NCBI RefSeq assembly: GCF_009834535.1
Contig: NC_045696.1
Coordinates: forward strand, 11,410,001 to 11,474,000
DNA from: Camelus ferus
Lineage: Eukaryota
DNA: 64,000 nucleotides
Direction: 5' to 3'
Within the stretch, counting starts at the first letter, position 1; each line of letters starts with the position of its first letter. A program made the translations under genes and the position numbers. This document shows, one piece after another, positions 38,134 to 51,136 of the stretch. The notes beneath the pieces were generated by a model, which worked only from the letters and a program-made list of their open reading frames with translations, was not told the origin of the DNA and did not search any database.

Positions 38134-39549
38134 CTCCCTTTTAAATTAAAGGAAGTATTAATAAGTAACAATGTTTATCCCTTTATTCAGAACAAATAAT
38201 CCTTACACGCTAAGAGGTGTCACAACTGGGTAACAATGAGAAAGGCTGGTCCAATTTTAGGGGACCTTTAAGTGACAGGCCTCTGTACCTTCCTTGTGGC
38301 AGAAACTTTACCTGCATCCCAAATATCCACATGATCTCCCACATTTCTCAGCCTCGTGCTCGTAGGCAGGCACAGGACTAGTTCCAGCCCTCACAGAGCA
38401 CCCAAGGGCCAGTGGAAACTCTTCAGCTCACCCTTGCTCTGCTGTGGTGGCCAGAGGAGCTTCATTTTGAGTGAACAGGACCACAAGCTGGAAGCAGCCT
38501 GGATCCCTGAGTCACCACATGGAAGGCAGGTGCTCTGGAGTCAGCCAAATGGCATAAACATTCATGGGAGTAGGAAACAAACCTTTATGGGACAAATCAC
38601 AGAGATTTGGGGTTTAATCTCTTCTCATCACCAAGTCTGATCTACCTAACACACTGGTTGCCAGAGAGGAGCCGAACACTGGTGATGGGGTCACAGAGGC
38701 ATTCTCATCTCAGACCTGCCATGAATGCACCACCTAACCTTGGATGAGAAGCCTTGGTCCTGATACTGGCTGGCATCCCACCCTTGTCCAGCAGGCTGTG
38801 GTAACAAGGCTTAGAAAGAATACATTCCATTATTCTGGAGAGGCTTATGTATAATATCAGCCAAAGATTTTCCTTTCAAAATAACTATGGGCCGCCTTCT
38901 GAGCAGGGAATATGTTGAGTAACTAGCTCAGGCCCTTAAGTCAGAGCCATTTTTTTTTCTTTTTTATTCCGTGAATGATGTAGCTTCCTGGCCTTGTCCT
39001 TTCTGCAATGCCCTACTGGTTAGTTGCCCAACTCCAGTTGGTCCCTGAGTTTTCTTCACATCTGTCTACTCTATACTCCCCGAGCTGGTGCCCCCAAACT
39101 CCTCCTTATTGGCACACCAGCTCAAACGTGGATATACTTGTGGAAGGAAATTGCCAAGGCTGAGGTGTCCCCTGCCCTTCCCCACCCCCAGTCCCTTGGT
39201 GCCATAGACATGAGCTCTCAGAGATAACTGTGTGTCCTGAAAACAGGTCCGCAGAAAAGTGCAAATATAGACCCCATTTGTCTTTGGAACCAGATGTCTG
39301 AAAAGCTCCCTTGACAAAACAAACCCGCCACAAATAATACACTCATTTACTACTCAGGAAATACACTCCTTTCATTGGAAAGTGATGACATTAAGTTGAA
39401 CCAGCTCCCAGTACTGCTCTGAATTATTCTAACTGTCTGTAGCACATAGAGGGCCTTACAGAGAAAACAAATACAATAACCAAGAGGCTTCCAGACGCCC
39501 CCTAAAAATAGCAGTCTTGCATTCTTTCTGAACTTGTATCGCTGTATGA

Positions 39550-42500
39550 CATGACTATACAGAAAATACTTTATTGACTTAATCCAGTAAAACATAACAG
39601 CCTTTTCACAGCCAACGCAGATAACAGGGCTGTCCAGGGGTAGATGTTTACTTGGGGGATCTATTGAGAAGGAAAGTCTTTTTGCAGCTTCGAGTCGATA
39701 GCAGACAGTGAGTGGATAATGTGTGAGGTTCAAATCTCAAGAAGCTGCACGATTTTGGGAAGGACTTAAAACTGCAGCCCTGGTCCATGCAGAAACCTCA
39801 GATCCCTGTTGTAATGACGGTTTGATCTGCTGTTGACTTTCCCCTCTGCCCACGGTGGCCGTGCTCTCTGATTGCTCTGTGTTCTTTGAGGGAGGAGCCC
39901 CGCTCCCTAAACTCAGTCTGAGGCCAGCTCACTCAGGGGCCCTGGTGAGTCCTTAAACCATCTGTGGCCCCAGCTTTCCCTTCTTTCATCTCTGGTCCCT
40001 CTCTGCTCTAAAATGATCTGATTCCTGAAAGAAAACATCATCATGAAAACTATATACACCTTCTTACGCCCCAACCCCACCCAACTTCAGAGAGAGCTTC
40101 ATGCAGTGCAAACTGTGGGCCTCCTGCTTTCCACCGTGCCACCCTCTGAGCCCCACTGCACGGAGGACATGGGTGGTATAGAGGAAAAACTTTTTGTGAA
40201 GAGTTACGAATAAATTTGGAACAGGGCCAATCCAAACAGCCCATCCAGGAGCCCTCCCATTCCACCTCATCGCCCCTCTCCCCACCGCCCTCCCCAAGGC
40301 CTGAAACAAGGACAAAATCTAGAAGTGACGTTCACAGGTGTTATTCCTCATGTGCCATTTTCAGAATCTTCAAGGAAGATCATGACCCCGGCCCCCAACC
40401 CAGAAAGAAAAATGCTGATTCACCTTGAGCTGCCATTTGCTGTACGCCAGGCAGATGGACTCTGCAGACACACCTGTTGCAAGTGAAATGAAGCCGAAAA
40501 TGCTTTCAAATACCCACAACGCGATTCCGTCTTGCATCCTGTCAGTTGCTGCGCCAAGAACTTTACCTCGAAGATGATACGATTATTTTGCAACCTCCTC
40601 TTAGTTTTCAGATTTATCAGCAAAACAAACAAAGCAGCCAGAGTGAGGGAAAAGTGTATTTCACAGTCATTATAAAAGCACATATATTTAATCATGGTGA
40701 CATAAATACAGTCCTTACTTGTGACCAAATCATACAATTAAGGTTGACTTTTCCTCCAGGACGTCACATGATGTTGGTTCAGCCACCTCCGTCGGTTAAG
40801 TACAGGCTGACTGAGCTCACAGGCGCAGACTAACGAGAGACAGTCATGGCTCAAACGAACGACACACTTGGTCCTTACCAAAGGGAGAGTCAAGTTTTCC
40901 ATATAAATATAATAAAATAATAAAAGAATTTAACATTTCTTCTTTTACTCAATTTCATAGATTGGCCAGGTGCTCACACACACACACAATACAGTTTTCC
41001 ACCCCCCACCCCCGCACCCCCTCACTGGGTTCAGAATTGACCTGAGTTCACAGTTCAAGTTGCCAATGGTGACACGGTTGGTCAGTTGCAGGACCGTCTG
41101 CAGTGTTCTTGAAGCGTGCGAGGGACGGGAAGCGTCCCAACAAGCTAACGGTGACACACTCATGTTCTCAAGGCAAGTAAAACACAAGAAAGAGACATAA
41201 AAGGCCAGACGAAGTTCACAGGCACAGCTATGCAGCCCTCAAACCTGCAGAGGGGGCCCCTGAAGCTGGAAACCAGCTTCCGAAACGGCTTCTTCACCCA
41301 TCAAAGACCAAAACTTCACGGCAGATGGAGAGAGGGACCTTTCTCCTATGCTTCTTTTCTTTCTCTCTGCTTAAAAAGCTCTATTTTCAATGGAAAGTTC
41401 CAGAACCCGGTCTGGAGCCATACAAAGGAATGTCACCAACAGCCAGGAGCCTGACTGCCTTGGGCTGGGGCGATCCCATCAAGCGGGAAGCTGCAGCCCA
41501 AGATCCTGTCAAGCCAAGACTGGGCATGGGGGTGGCTTCCAGGGACAGCCAGATATCCGTGCCCTCCTCACTCAGCCAGAGACGTGTGGGGCAGAAGGTC
41601 ACCGCTGGTGAATGAGGAACCACTCCCACTGCCCTCTGGCGCAGGCTGGCTGCCAGCAGAAGTGAAGGCAGGCTTTGCAATGCTCCAGGCCTGCTTCAGA
41701 ATCAGTGAGCTGAGAGGACCAGCCCTGGGGTGGCCACAGCGGTGGTTTCTGGTCATGCCTGCACCAACCAACAGTTAAAGACTCCAAGCCACAGTGTAAC
41801 CTGTCTCCCAAGCTGACGGCTATCCAACCCGTGCTGATTCTTCTTTTTCCGGTTCTGCTCATGACTGAGTGGTCCCCACCAAGTGCCAGGGCCCAGGGGA
41901 GCCAGCCCCAAGCCAGCTCCAGCCAGACATAGTCACACAACATGGAGGTCCACAAAACACGTATGCAGCGACGGCATGGACACAGACCCGGAGATGCATC
42001 TTTGGTTCCATCCTTGGCAAAAGGTGTGAAAACAAAACAAGGACTCAAAGCCTGTTTGGGGAACACCGCTTTCTTCAAAGAAGACGTGGTGCTGTATTTT
42101 GAACGTGATTCTCTCCAGGCAAGCCTCTCACAGCTCACCGCCAACTGGCGGAGTTCTAAACCAAACTTATTTTCTTGGCAGCTGGAAAACTGCATTGCAC
42201 AGAGGTAATGGTGCCTTCTAGGTACATCCACATCCAACCTTAACCATTTTCTCTCTTTCTAAATAACCAAATCTGACTATGCTCTATAGCTCCAGAAGGA
42301 TGGGGGCTCTGAGGATATGATGGGAAGAACACAGGGCCGGCTGTGATCAGTGACCACCAGCCACTAAAAACATCACCTGGGTGAGCTCTGATGCCCTCCA
42401 CGCATATCCTCTCGCAAGAACAGGAGTTTGCCGAAATCACTTTCCATCTCTCCATCCAGGTTTTTAAGAATTATGTTGCTTTGATTCAATGATATCACAT

Positions 42501-43255
42501 AAAGAAAAATCATCTTTGGGAAAGATAATTCAACTATTAGCAAGTTTCAACCAAAAAAGAAAAAAAAAAGTCAAAACCTTGCTTGGCAAATGAGTGTCCC
42601 CACTGGTCCTTTCCTCTCACCAGGGTCCCTGCTGTTTGGACCAGTCTTTGATCAGATGCCCCGTTTTGCTCAGAGGGGTTGGTGCTGGTTTCAGAGGCTC
42701 CTGCCCATCTTCTTCAAGGGTTCCTGGAGGCTGGTGCTCTGGGGCACCAGCTCTTGCCACCCTGCAGGGATTCACTTCTAGGAAAGGAGGGGAAACCGTG
42801 GCCTGGGTGAACCCCTCTGTGAACCCCTCTGACTGCTGAAAAGGGAACCACCCGCTGAGAGGCACACACAGAACACAAAATGGAGAAAGAGTTCGAAAGG
42901 TCTGTAATTGGAGGAGCCCAGAGGCCGATGCACGGTTTTTGCCTGCCCGGGCCCAGCTGGGAGGCGGGCAAAGGGTCGGTGATTGGTGGGAGGAGGGAGG
43001 CCACGCATGATCAGAGCTGGCTGCACAGAAGGCCACCTCCCCGGGGATCCCAGCATCCCCGGGGGAACCTGACTTGAGACCAGGGTATGCGGGCTCTGGG
43101 TCTGCAGGTTTCAGCTGTGGGGACATCACACGTCAGGAGGAGGTGGGGCCGGGAAAATGCTCAGTGAGAGGCCTCTGAGTTTTCACACCCTGATGGACGC
43201 ATGGAGCTGCTCACTGCTTCCTGTGGAAACACCCAGAACCCCGCTGCTGGCCGAG
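39550..43255 (-). other. HUNK: Probable HUNK 3'UTR
   Basis: Nearly repeat-free ~3.7 kb following the stop codon, with AU-rich blocks, ending near the first minus-strand AATAAA I found; 3' end inferred. Confidence 0.65.
39570..39575 (-). terminator. Candidate HUNK polyadenylation signal AATAAA
   Basis: Plus strand tttatt; GU/U-rich sequence follows on the minus strand (~39455-39480). Confidence 0.6.
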
Positions 43256-43914
43256 TTAGCACTGGCCTTTGACCCCGTCAGCCACGTTGAAGGAGAGGCT
43301 CACGGGGGCCGTGGGCTGCAGCGGGGGCATGCTGGCCTCCAGGGGCCTGTCAGCTGGGGGCTGCACACTCTGGTGCCGCTTTCTCAGCATCTGTCCGACG
43401 CCCATCATGGGGAACCTGCCTCGGCTTTTCACACAGTGTGGGCTCCCCAGGGGCTGAGTGGAGCCGTTACCTGGCCCTGGGGGTGGGGAACACACGCCCT
43501 CCTCTTTGGGGGGGCTGTTCTTATCATCGTAGGCAAAGGAGACCAGAGTTGGGTGCAAAGGGGTTTGGAGAGCGGATGGGCTTCCGGGCAGCAGGACGGG
43601 CGAGAGCGTCCGCTCACCGGGACTCCCGCGAGCCAGGCCCCCGGGGGAGCTCAGGATCCTGTAGTGATGGGATGGGGACAGCACTTCCGTCTGCTCGTCG
43701 CGGTCCACGGACTCGAAGGAGCGCACCATGTCCAGCATCAGGGGGTCTTCCTTGGCGGGGATGCCGGTGCTCCCAGGCCCTGGCTGAGGGGGCTCCGGTT
43801 TCTTGACAATCTTGGGGGTCCTGGGGGGTGGCACCGGGATGAACTCCATGGAGGAAGAAGCCACACAATTGGAGTCCGAGGTTTTGCGGAAAATATTACG
43901 GCAGCCGAAGGAAT
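43256..43914 (-). CDS. HUNK: HUNK last coding exon (probably exon 11), 659 coding bp to TAA
   Basis: (D)SFGCRNIFRKTSDSNCVASSSMEFIPVPPPRTPKIVKK...VADGVKGQC*; CAG acceptor at 43915-43917, frame continuous with the previous exon. Confidence 0.96.
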
Positions 43915-44192
43915 CTGCACATCAAGGAAGCAAAGGAAATCATGAAGATGGCTATACCAACAGGGCCAACGGCCCTGCTGCCACCTGCTCCGACCTCCAG
44001 CGTGACTGAGACAGTGAGAAGTTACCCAGGGAGGCCAGGAGAAACCGAGAAGCAAACGGCCTCAGCATCTGACTCACCCTATGGGAAACCAGATGGTCGT
44101 CCTAGAACAGAGGGGACAGAAGGCTGGTGACAGGAGGCCTCCTGGGTTCCGATTCACCTCGTGGAACCAGCTTAACATCCACTCTCCTTTTG

Positions 44193-44356
44193 AATTCTTT
44201 TTTCCCCTCAAAGTAAGGTTTTTAAAAAAATTTTTATTTACTTTTTAAAAATTGCTTTTCTAATTTTTTTAAAATGGAGATACTGGGGATTGAACCCAGG
44301 ACCTCATGCATGCTAAGCACGTGCTCTACCACTAAATTATACCCCAGCCCTCTCTG
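44193..44356 (-). mobile_element. tRNA-derived SINE, Vic-1-like, in the last HUNK intron (sense orientation)
   Basis: tactggggattgaacccaggacctcatgcatgctaagcacgtgctctaccact; 11-bp TSD ctctccttttg (44182-44192, 44357-44367). Confidence 0.88.
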
Positions 44357-44532
44357 CTCTCCTTTTGGTTGCTTAAAATTCTGGACCCCACCAAAGAACC
44401 TTTAAATACAAAGGCACATGGCTCAACAGAATGACCAGAAAACTGCTGGAAGGACATGGAATCCAACATGCTGAGGACTTGCAAATTTGGTCCTCAGGTA
44501 ATCAAAACTGGAAGGAGGGTTTTGCTCATGAC

Positions 44533-44830
44533 TTTTTTTTTAATTATGGTAAAAAATACATAACATAAGTTTATCATCTCAACCATTTTTAAGTGCAGAG
44601 CTCAGTAGTGTTAACTGCATTCACACTGTTGTGAAACAGAACTCTTCACATTGCAAATCTAATAGCTGTTGCCGGGGGCAACCGGTCTGTGAATCTGACT
44701 GCTCTAGGTCCCTCATATGAGTGGAATCTACAATATTGGTCCTTTCGTGACTGGCCTGTTTCACTGAAGGTAACGTCCTCAGGGTTCACCGGTGCTGTAG
44801 CATGGGGTCAGAGTTCCCTTCCTTTTTGAG
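44533..44830 (-). mobile_element. L1 3' fragment
   Basis: ttatggtaaaaaatacataacata...ctcatatgagtggaatc; flanked by ctcatgactttt direct repeats. Confidence 0.75.
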
Positions 44831-45609
44831 AACTCCCTCATGACTTTTGGTCTCCCCGGAGCCTCATCTAGTTCTGAACAAGGGAGAAACACTCTTCCAT
44901 CTATATATTTAGGGCAACCAGCCAATCCCCATGGCTTCCATCTCAAGTTGGCATAGACTAGAATCTAGGTTTGCAGATTCTGCCAGAAAAGAAAGGGAAA
45001 ATCCCCACGAATGTGGAGCCAAGGGAAGTAAAGCCAAGTTCCTGGGGAACAGGCTCTGTGTCAGCTGCCTTGTTTTACCGTCACATTTTACAGGCCCCGT
45101 CGGGGCCGAGTGGCAGGAACAAGCTGCCACCACCGGGAGTGATTTCAGGGGCAGCCAAGGGCACTGGGAATCCTCCTCGCCTTACATAAATAAACACACG
45201 GATCCCGAAATAAACCTCCTCCTCAGGCCAGCACAGATGCCTGAGCTTCACTGGCAGGAAGAAGTAAGATTTCATTGACGGCTAACGTCTTCCAGGCTTC
45301 CAGCTGGCACGGGCGCCCCTCCCCTCTCCCTGAGATGCGCGTGCTCCCACCTTGCAGCCCAGCTTGTCCCTCCGCCCAGCCCTGCTCCCTTCACCTTCCC
45401 ACACCTGTAGATCCTGGGAGGCTGCCTCACACACTCGCCCTACAAATCTCCCCCATCAGAGTCAGCCCCGGGGCACCGACCAGACCCTGCATCCTTCCCA
45501 GCAAGGAGGGCGTGGACACCGGCCCGACCCTTGAGCACGATGCCAGCTCCTCTTCGCCCTGCCCTCCCGGGAGGCCGTAGGCTACACAGGCCTGGAGGGA
45601 AAGCCCGAG

Positions 45610-45780
45610 AGCCAGGCTGCGCGTTTGGGAACCTGGACTCCATCACTTCCCAGCTCTCCGACTTCGGACAGCTCTCTGCTGTTTCCTCGTCTCTAGAAAT
45701 GGGGGTGAGAATGATCTCACTGGGTTGAGGTAAGAGTTGAAACAGCGCCTGCCACACAGTGAGTGGTCAGTGTTAGCAGT
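45610..45780 (+). mobile_element. MIR SINE
   Basis: gtttcctcgtctctagaaatgggg. Confidence 0.6.
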
Positions 45781-46520
45781 TATACCATCTCCGGGCTGTT
45801 CTAAGCCAACAGGCTCTCAACTCCCAGGAGGAAGGAAAAACACAAAGAAACAGAAGACTGTTGGCCTGGGAAGGTACCAAGGAATGGACTCCACCTCTGA
45901 GGCCGCACATTTATCCCAAATACACAGCAGTGATCTAGACTTTCTTGCGGGTATTTCCACAGGACGCCGCTGTCAAGGGCCCAGATTCGCTGCTGGTCCC
46001 AAAGCCAGAAAGGAGAATCTCCCAAGGAGGGACAAGCACAGGCCCTCCAGTGAGACCTGCAGGACAAAACTGGACCAAGCGGGGTTGTCCTTTCCGGGTG
46101 AGAGCCAGTGTCTCAGGGTCCGCAGACCCGTGCCGCTCGGGGCTGCTTCAGCCTCCCCAGCACTTTCCTGCTTCCCCAGGGAACCGCTGGTTGGTGTCAG
46201 ACAGCCAGGGCCCTCTCTGAACCTCAGTCACTTCTATTTAAAACAAAGGGATTGTACTGAACCCCATGATCTCTCCCATGCCACCCCCTTTCCATGTAAC
46301 AAAGACCTGTCCTCAATACCGTGCACACCATCTCCACTTTCCCAAGTCCTGCCTGCACAGGTGGCCAGCACCATGCCGCATGGACCCTGATTGTCCTTGG
46401 GTACCTCACATGTGTTAACTCTGCTTTCCCACGGGCATGAGAATGGATCTGTCCCGGGGGCCCACACAGCCACGTCGCTGAACACGAGTGGCCTGGCCAG
46501 AGACCCCGGGGCTGACGCAC

Positions 46521-46701
46521 CTTTGTCGGGGAAGCCGGGCTTGGCGGCCTTCCGGTCCTTCAGCAGGGCCCTGGTGTTCTGAGTCTGCGTGAGGAGCGAG
46601 GCTGAGGGCTGTTTGTGTGGCGGCAGGTTCTTGTCCAGCTTCTTGGAAAATGGCCGATGAAGAAAGTCCCCTCTTTTTTCTTGTTCTTTGGGCTTTTTAT
46701 C
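46521..46701 (-). CDS. HUNK: HUNK coding exon (probably exon 10), 181 bp
   Basis: DKKPKEQEKRGDFLHRPFSKKLDKNLPPHKQPSASLLTQTQNTRALLKDRKAAKPGFPDK within ORF 46234..46722; AAG acceptor, GTGCGT donor, phase 1 end. Confidence 0.95.
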
Positions 46702-46773
46702 CTTCAAATCAGAAGGAAACATATGTACTCAGATGCACACAAGAATATACAATGTGATTCCTCTTTGAAGAGT

Positions 46774-46996
46774 TGGGGGAAGGGATAAATTAGGAATTTG
46801 GCATAAATAGATATGCACTATTATACATAAAATAGATAAACAACAAGGACCTACTATATAGCACAGGGAATTACAGTCAATATCTTGTAATAACCCATAA
46901 TGGAAAAAAATCTGAAAAAAATGTATGTATAACTGACTCACTCTGATGTACACCTGAAACATTATAAATCAACTATACTTCAATTTTTTAAAAAAG
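46774..46996 (+). mobile_element. Cetartiodactyl-type L1 3' end, ~70 bp from the exon 10 acceptor
   Basis: gggaagggataaattagga...caacaaggacctactatatagcacagggaa...taaatcaactatacttcaa. Confidence 0.85.
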
Positions 46997-49900
46997 CCAC
47001 ACCTTGAAAAATAAAAAGTTATCGAAGTAGAGTTAAGAAACCCCAGTTTTTCAAAACACAATGCTCTTAGCTGCATGTTGAACAACAGAAGGGCCGAGGC
47101 CCAGTGATGCTCCGGGGAACCCGCCTCCCTCTCTCTGGGCACAGCAGGCTTCAGTCGTCCCTCGCTGTCTGCACTGTGCTGTTTCAAGGTGTTCCAACAA
47201 GGACAAGGTCATCCCTGGGCGGTCAGTGACTCCAGAACACACTGAACAAACCGAGGCAAAGCAGATGAGGACCTGAGGAAATCTGCCGTCTTACTGAAAG
47301 CAGGGCCCTAAGATTCTGCCCACAGCAGTGGTTTTGCAAAGGCAGCTTTGCAAAGGAAACATAACCGCTTCCATCTTAACCTCAGTGTTGGTGTGTTTAG
47401 TCAATCCGAGGGGGTGGACAACAGCCCCCAGGAGCCCGGAGCCAGCCTGGGTGAGTTTCTGATCACTTTCCCACCTCTGGTCGTGGGGCACTTACTCGTG
47501 TACTTAAACTGGCTCGATTCAGCGTCTGCGCTGTCAGTCTTACCTTGACTGAACTCAATTAGAATGTCTGATGGGAGTGAATCTGACTGTTTTCTAAATC
47601 TTCAACCCCACAGCCTCTGGCATAAAGCCAAGGCATGGAGAGAAAGTGTAATAAACAGTTATTGAAATATTGAAAAACAAAAACAAAAAAGCCAGTGGAA
47701 GCTGAACTGAATTAAAATGAATTGAGTTCAAGCTTCTGGGAAGGGTGATGACACTAAGAAGTTTTTTTCCTGGCCCTAAAGATCGTGTTTGATGCTTGCT
47801 GGTAAACGGAGGCAACCCAATCCCTGACCTCACCCCGAGTGAGGGGGGACGGGGCAAAGGGGAGACAGATTTTCACATTTTTGCCTTAAACTTTAAGAGC
47901 ATTTGCAATTCAAGAGGCTCATCTATTTTTCATGGATGTTGTTGAAAAGCTTCTCAAGGAAACATCTCCCTGCACTTGCAGAGCCCTTTCTAATGAGGAT
48001 TTTCAAAGCTTTTTTGGATTGGGGTTCATTATGCCGGGGTTTTGAGTGGGAAAGAACAGCAGGGAAGAGAAGGGAAGTGGGGACCCCCAGCCCAGCTTTG
48101 AGTGTCACCATGGGGACAGCAGCTCCCAGGAGCCTGGGCCTTGGCTGAGGTGGCTCGTCCCGCGGGGGTGAGGCGGGAGGAAAAGAGGGGTGACACTTCC
48201 ACAAATGCCTCCCCTCCGGCATCTGAACAGCCACCGATGCCTTCACTGAGGATGCCTGAATGCCAGATGCTGCTCTGGCAGGACCCACGATGAGGCAAAT
48301 CCTGTCCTCCCCTCTTCCAGAGGACCCTGCAGTGGTTAAATCATTCACGTAGGAGCCAGACAACATCCCAGATTTTCACCTTCCTCCCTGAAAGTCCGTG
48401 TTCTGAACCCTTGACTCCACGCTGCCTTCTGGAAGCCTGGGGCAGGGCCAGGCGGTACCAGGGGTGGAGAGAGAGGCTGGACACAGCGACTGGCCATGGG
48501 CAGGGACCACATTGTAGTTCGAGGGCTACAGGTCAGTATCCAGGATGCTACAGGGGGTGGGGGCCATGTGCAGGATGCTATGAACGGGAAAGGGGACATC
48601 TGCTCCTGGTCATCTTGGTCAAGGCCAAGCACAGTTCTCCACCACCTTCCTCTCCCTGTATCTACCAAACACGAACAGGCCCCCTTCTCTACGGCAAAGG
48701 AGAGTGAGTTTTCACGTTGCCCCCTCCCCACATTCCTGTCCCAAAAAGTCTGGCAGAATTCCATCCTTTGGCTCCGTTCTTCCTATCTCTGTTTTTATGA
48801 GAAAACTCATTCGTTCTACCTGTTTACATCTTAAACATGAAAAAAGAAATCAAATGTACTTTGGTGATACGTTATAAAACAGCATTTGGAAGAAAAAACA
48901 AAACTGAGTGTTCCCCTCCCTCCATCCTGTCTAAGGGTGCTTTTTAGAAGGATGAGCACTCCGTCCTTCGGGCTGCTCTGCAGTCCCCACACCTAGAGGG
49001 CTTCCTGCGTGGCTCCCTGCATTCACCTCAGCTCCTTCCCAAGTCTCCTTGGGTCCTCAACGCTGGAGGATCAAGATACAAACTTTTAAGGGGCCAGTAT
49101 CACCACCCAGAGTTCATGAATCAAAAGGTGTCCAAGAATGATTCTTCTGCAGAAATAGACCAAGCTTGGTTCTAGAAGTCTCTGCTGTAACTGACCAAGG
49201 GGTATTTGGCAATCAGTAGAAAGCCCGGATGCGGGCAGAAGAATGGGTATGTGGATTTATTAGGACTAAAGATTCCGGGAAGCCCTGCCTAGGCCCCCCT
49301 GCTGAACTTACTAACCCCAGGGTCTTGAACCCTGGTGCTTCCTCCAAAACCCTCCAGAGCACCCTTCTCCAGCTTAAAAGGATGGCTGACTTCATAGTGA
49401 CCAGTTTTCTAGGGGGATGCCAAGAGTTCATCACCTGACCGCTCCCTGCAGGGGACAAACCCCTGGGTCAGTCCACATGGAAGGATCACCAGCCCGCAGG
49501 ACACAGGTTTGTTTACAAGCAGCCAACCTCCTGTCTTCCAGACACAGGTTACAAATGCAACCGATCATCCAGTTTTACCTTTTCATTTGCATGGCCTATT
49601 TTCTCCAAAGGAGGTTTCCGAGGGAGCAGGATGCTAAATTGCCTTATGTAACAGAAACAGATCTTCAGAAGGACTAATTATGTTCCCCCTTCGACAGGCC
49701 TGCACCCACTCCCGCGCCCCGCCCAGCAATGCTGGCTGCCTGCAGGCCTCTTTGGTGTCCTGCTGATTCTCACGGGTGGGCAGTGCACCCCTCACCCACG
49801 TGCACCTGTCGGTGGGCAATGGAGCTGAAGCTGCCAGTTTGGGGGTCTTCTTTGCCCCCGCCAGCGCTCATCCCGCACCCTCAAGGCAGAGCCAAGAGGA

Positions 49901-51136
49901 GACCACGTGACACACCGGATGCAAGCAAGCCCCACACAAAACAGCTTTTTGTTTCCTTTAAACCATTTTCCACCCACCACACATGTGCAAGGACATTTAC
50001 AAAACTGGACACTTTGAAAGTGTGGCCCTGTGAAGGATTATCTACCCAAGACGTGTTGGATGTCATGGACTGTTTAAGGGAGGAGAGGAAGAAGCCAGTG
50101 AGGATGACCCACTGGGCTCCTAGAGGGGGAGGTCTGCAGGTTCCGCAGCCTGAACAAGGAGGAAGCCGGTCCTCAGCCTCTGAGACGTGAGCTCCCGGAG
50201 GCTGGTGCCTCTAGACTGTTCCCTGCGACTCCAGGTTCCAGAGAGACCCCTCCTCTTGCCTTCCCAGTCTTGCTCCTGAAGGCATCGTCAGGTGACCTTC
50301 GGCAAGTCACTTCCCCTTGAGGGCTGCACCTCCCCATCTGTAACCAAAAGGATGGGTCCCTCCCAGCTCTTTGGGGATACAAATGAACCTCACATCTCGC
50401 CTGCTTCATTGCCTGCAAGGCTAAGGCATCCATCTAACAAGGACAGATGCGGCAATGCCTCCTGAGCTCCTCCCCCCCACCCCCCCACCCCGGCTGTAGG
50501 AAGAAGTGCTGCCTGGGGGCGGGGGCAGGGGCCCCCCTCACCCCTCGCACAGCGAAGAGCTGACCCCAGAGCGTGATGGCGCGGCAGAGGGTCTCAAAGT
50601 GTCCCCTTTGAGAAACCATCAAGACGGGCTCAGTGTGGGCTTTCTGGAGCCTGGGGTCCCCGTGCGGATGAGGCAACCTCACATGGCAGTTTGGAGCATC
50701 AGAACTAGATGTGGACTGTGGACACCCGGGATGGCGCAGGGACCCAGCTGTCATTTGTTCGTTGATTTTGGTTCCTTGCTGCCCATAACATAAGGGAAAG
50801 CCACAGAGGCCTGATTTTGCCTTAGGAAACACACGAATGAGTTGAGAAAAAGAGGGCTTGGTTCTTAAGTTAGGCCACTGAGCCGGGAAGCCCTGGACTG
50901 CTGCAACCCCCACATCTATGCAGATAGAAACATGAACGCATAGCCAAGCGTGTAGTTATAGCAAGACAGTTTAAAGAAACAATAGAAGTCAACTAAACAT
51001 AGAAAGAACTGGTCTGATCCGAGGAGATTCTGATAAATCCACTTACAGCGGGATTCTGCAGGTTTTAATTCTGGTCAAGATGAGGGTGTGTAGAGTCCAG
51101 AGCCCCGGGCAGAGATCCGCCAGCCTTCAGAGCCAT

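Noticed and set aside
488..39300. Numerous 60-160 aa ORFs in the intergenic region
   Set aside because: Overlap repeats or GC-rich non-coding DNA; no exon chain or protein similarity recognised apart from transposon remnants
41599..42237. 212-aa minus-strand ORF within the HUNK 3'UTR
   Set aside because: Non-ATG first codon, random-looking composition, no domain; expected by chance
43253..43261. Stop-codon readthrough or CaaX prenylation at the HUNK C-terminus
   Set aside because: Stop is TAA-CTC, not the TGA-CTAG leaky context; Cys is the terminal residue, so there is no CaaX box
43157..43945. 262-aa plus-strand ORF, the longest in the track
   Set aside because: Antisense shadow of the GC-rich last HUNK coding exon; no recognisable protein features
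45737..46390. 217-aa plus-strand ORF
   Set aside because: Intronic antisense, starts in a MIR, non-ATG start, no recognisable homology
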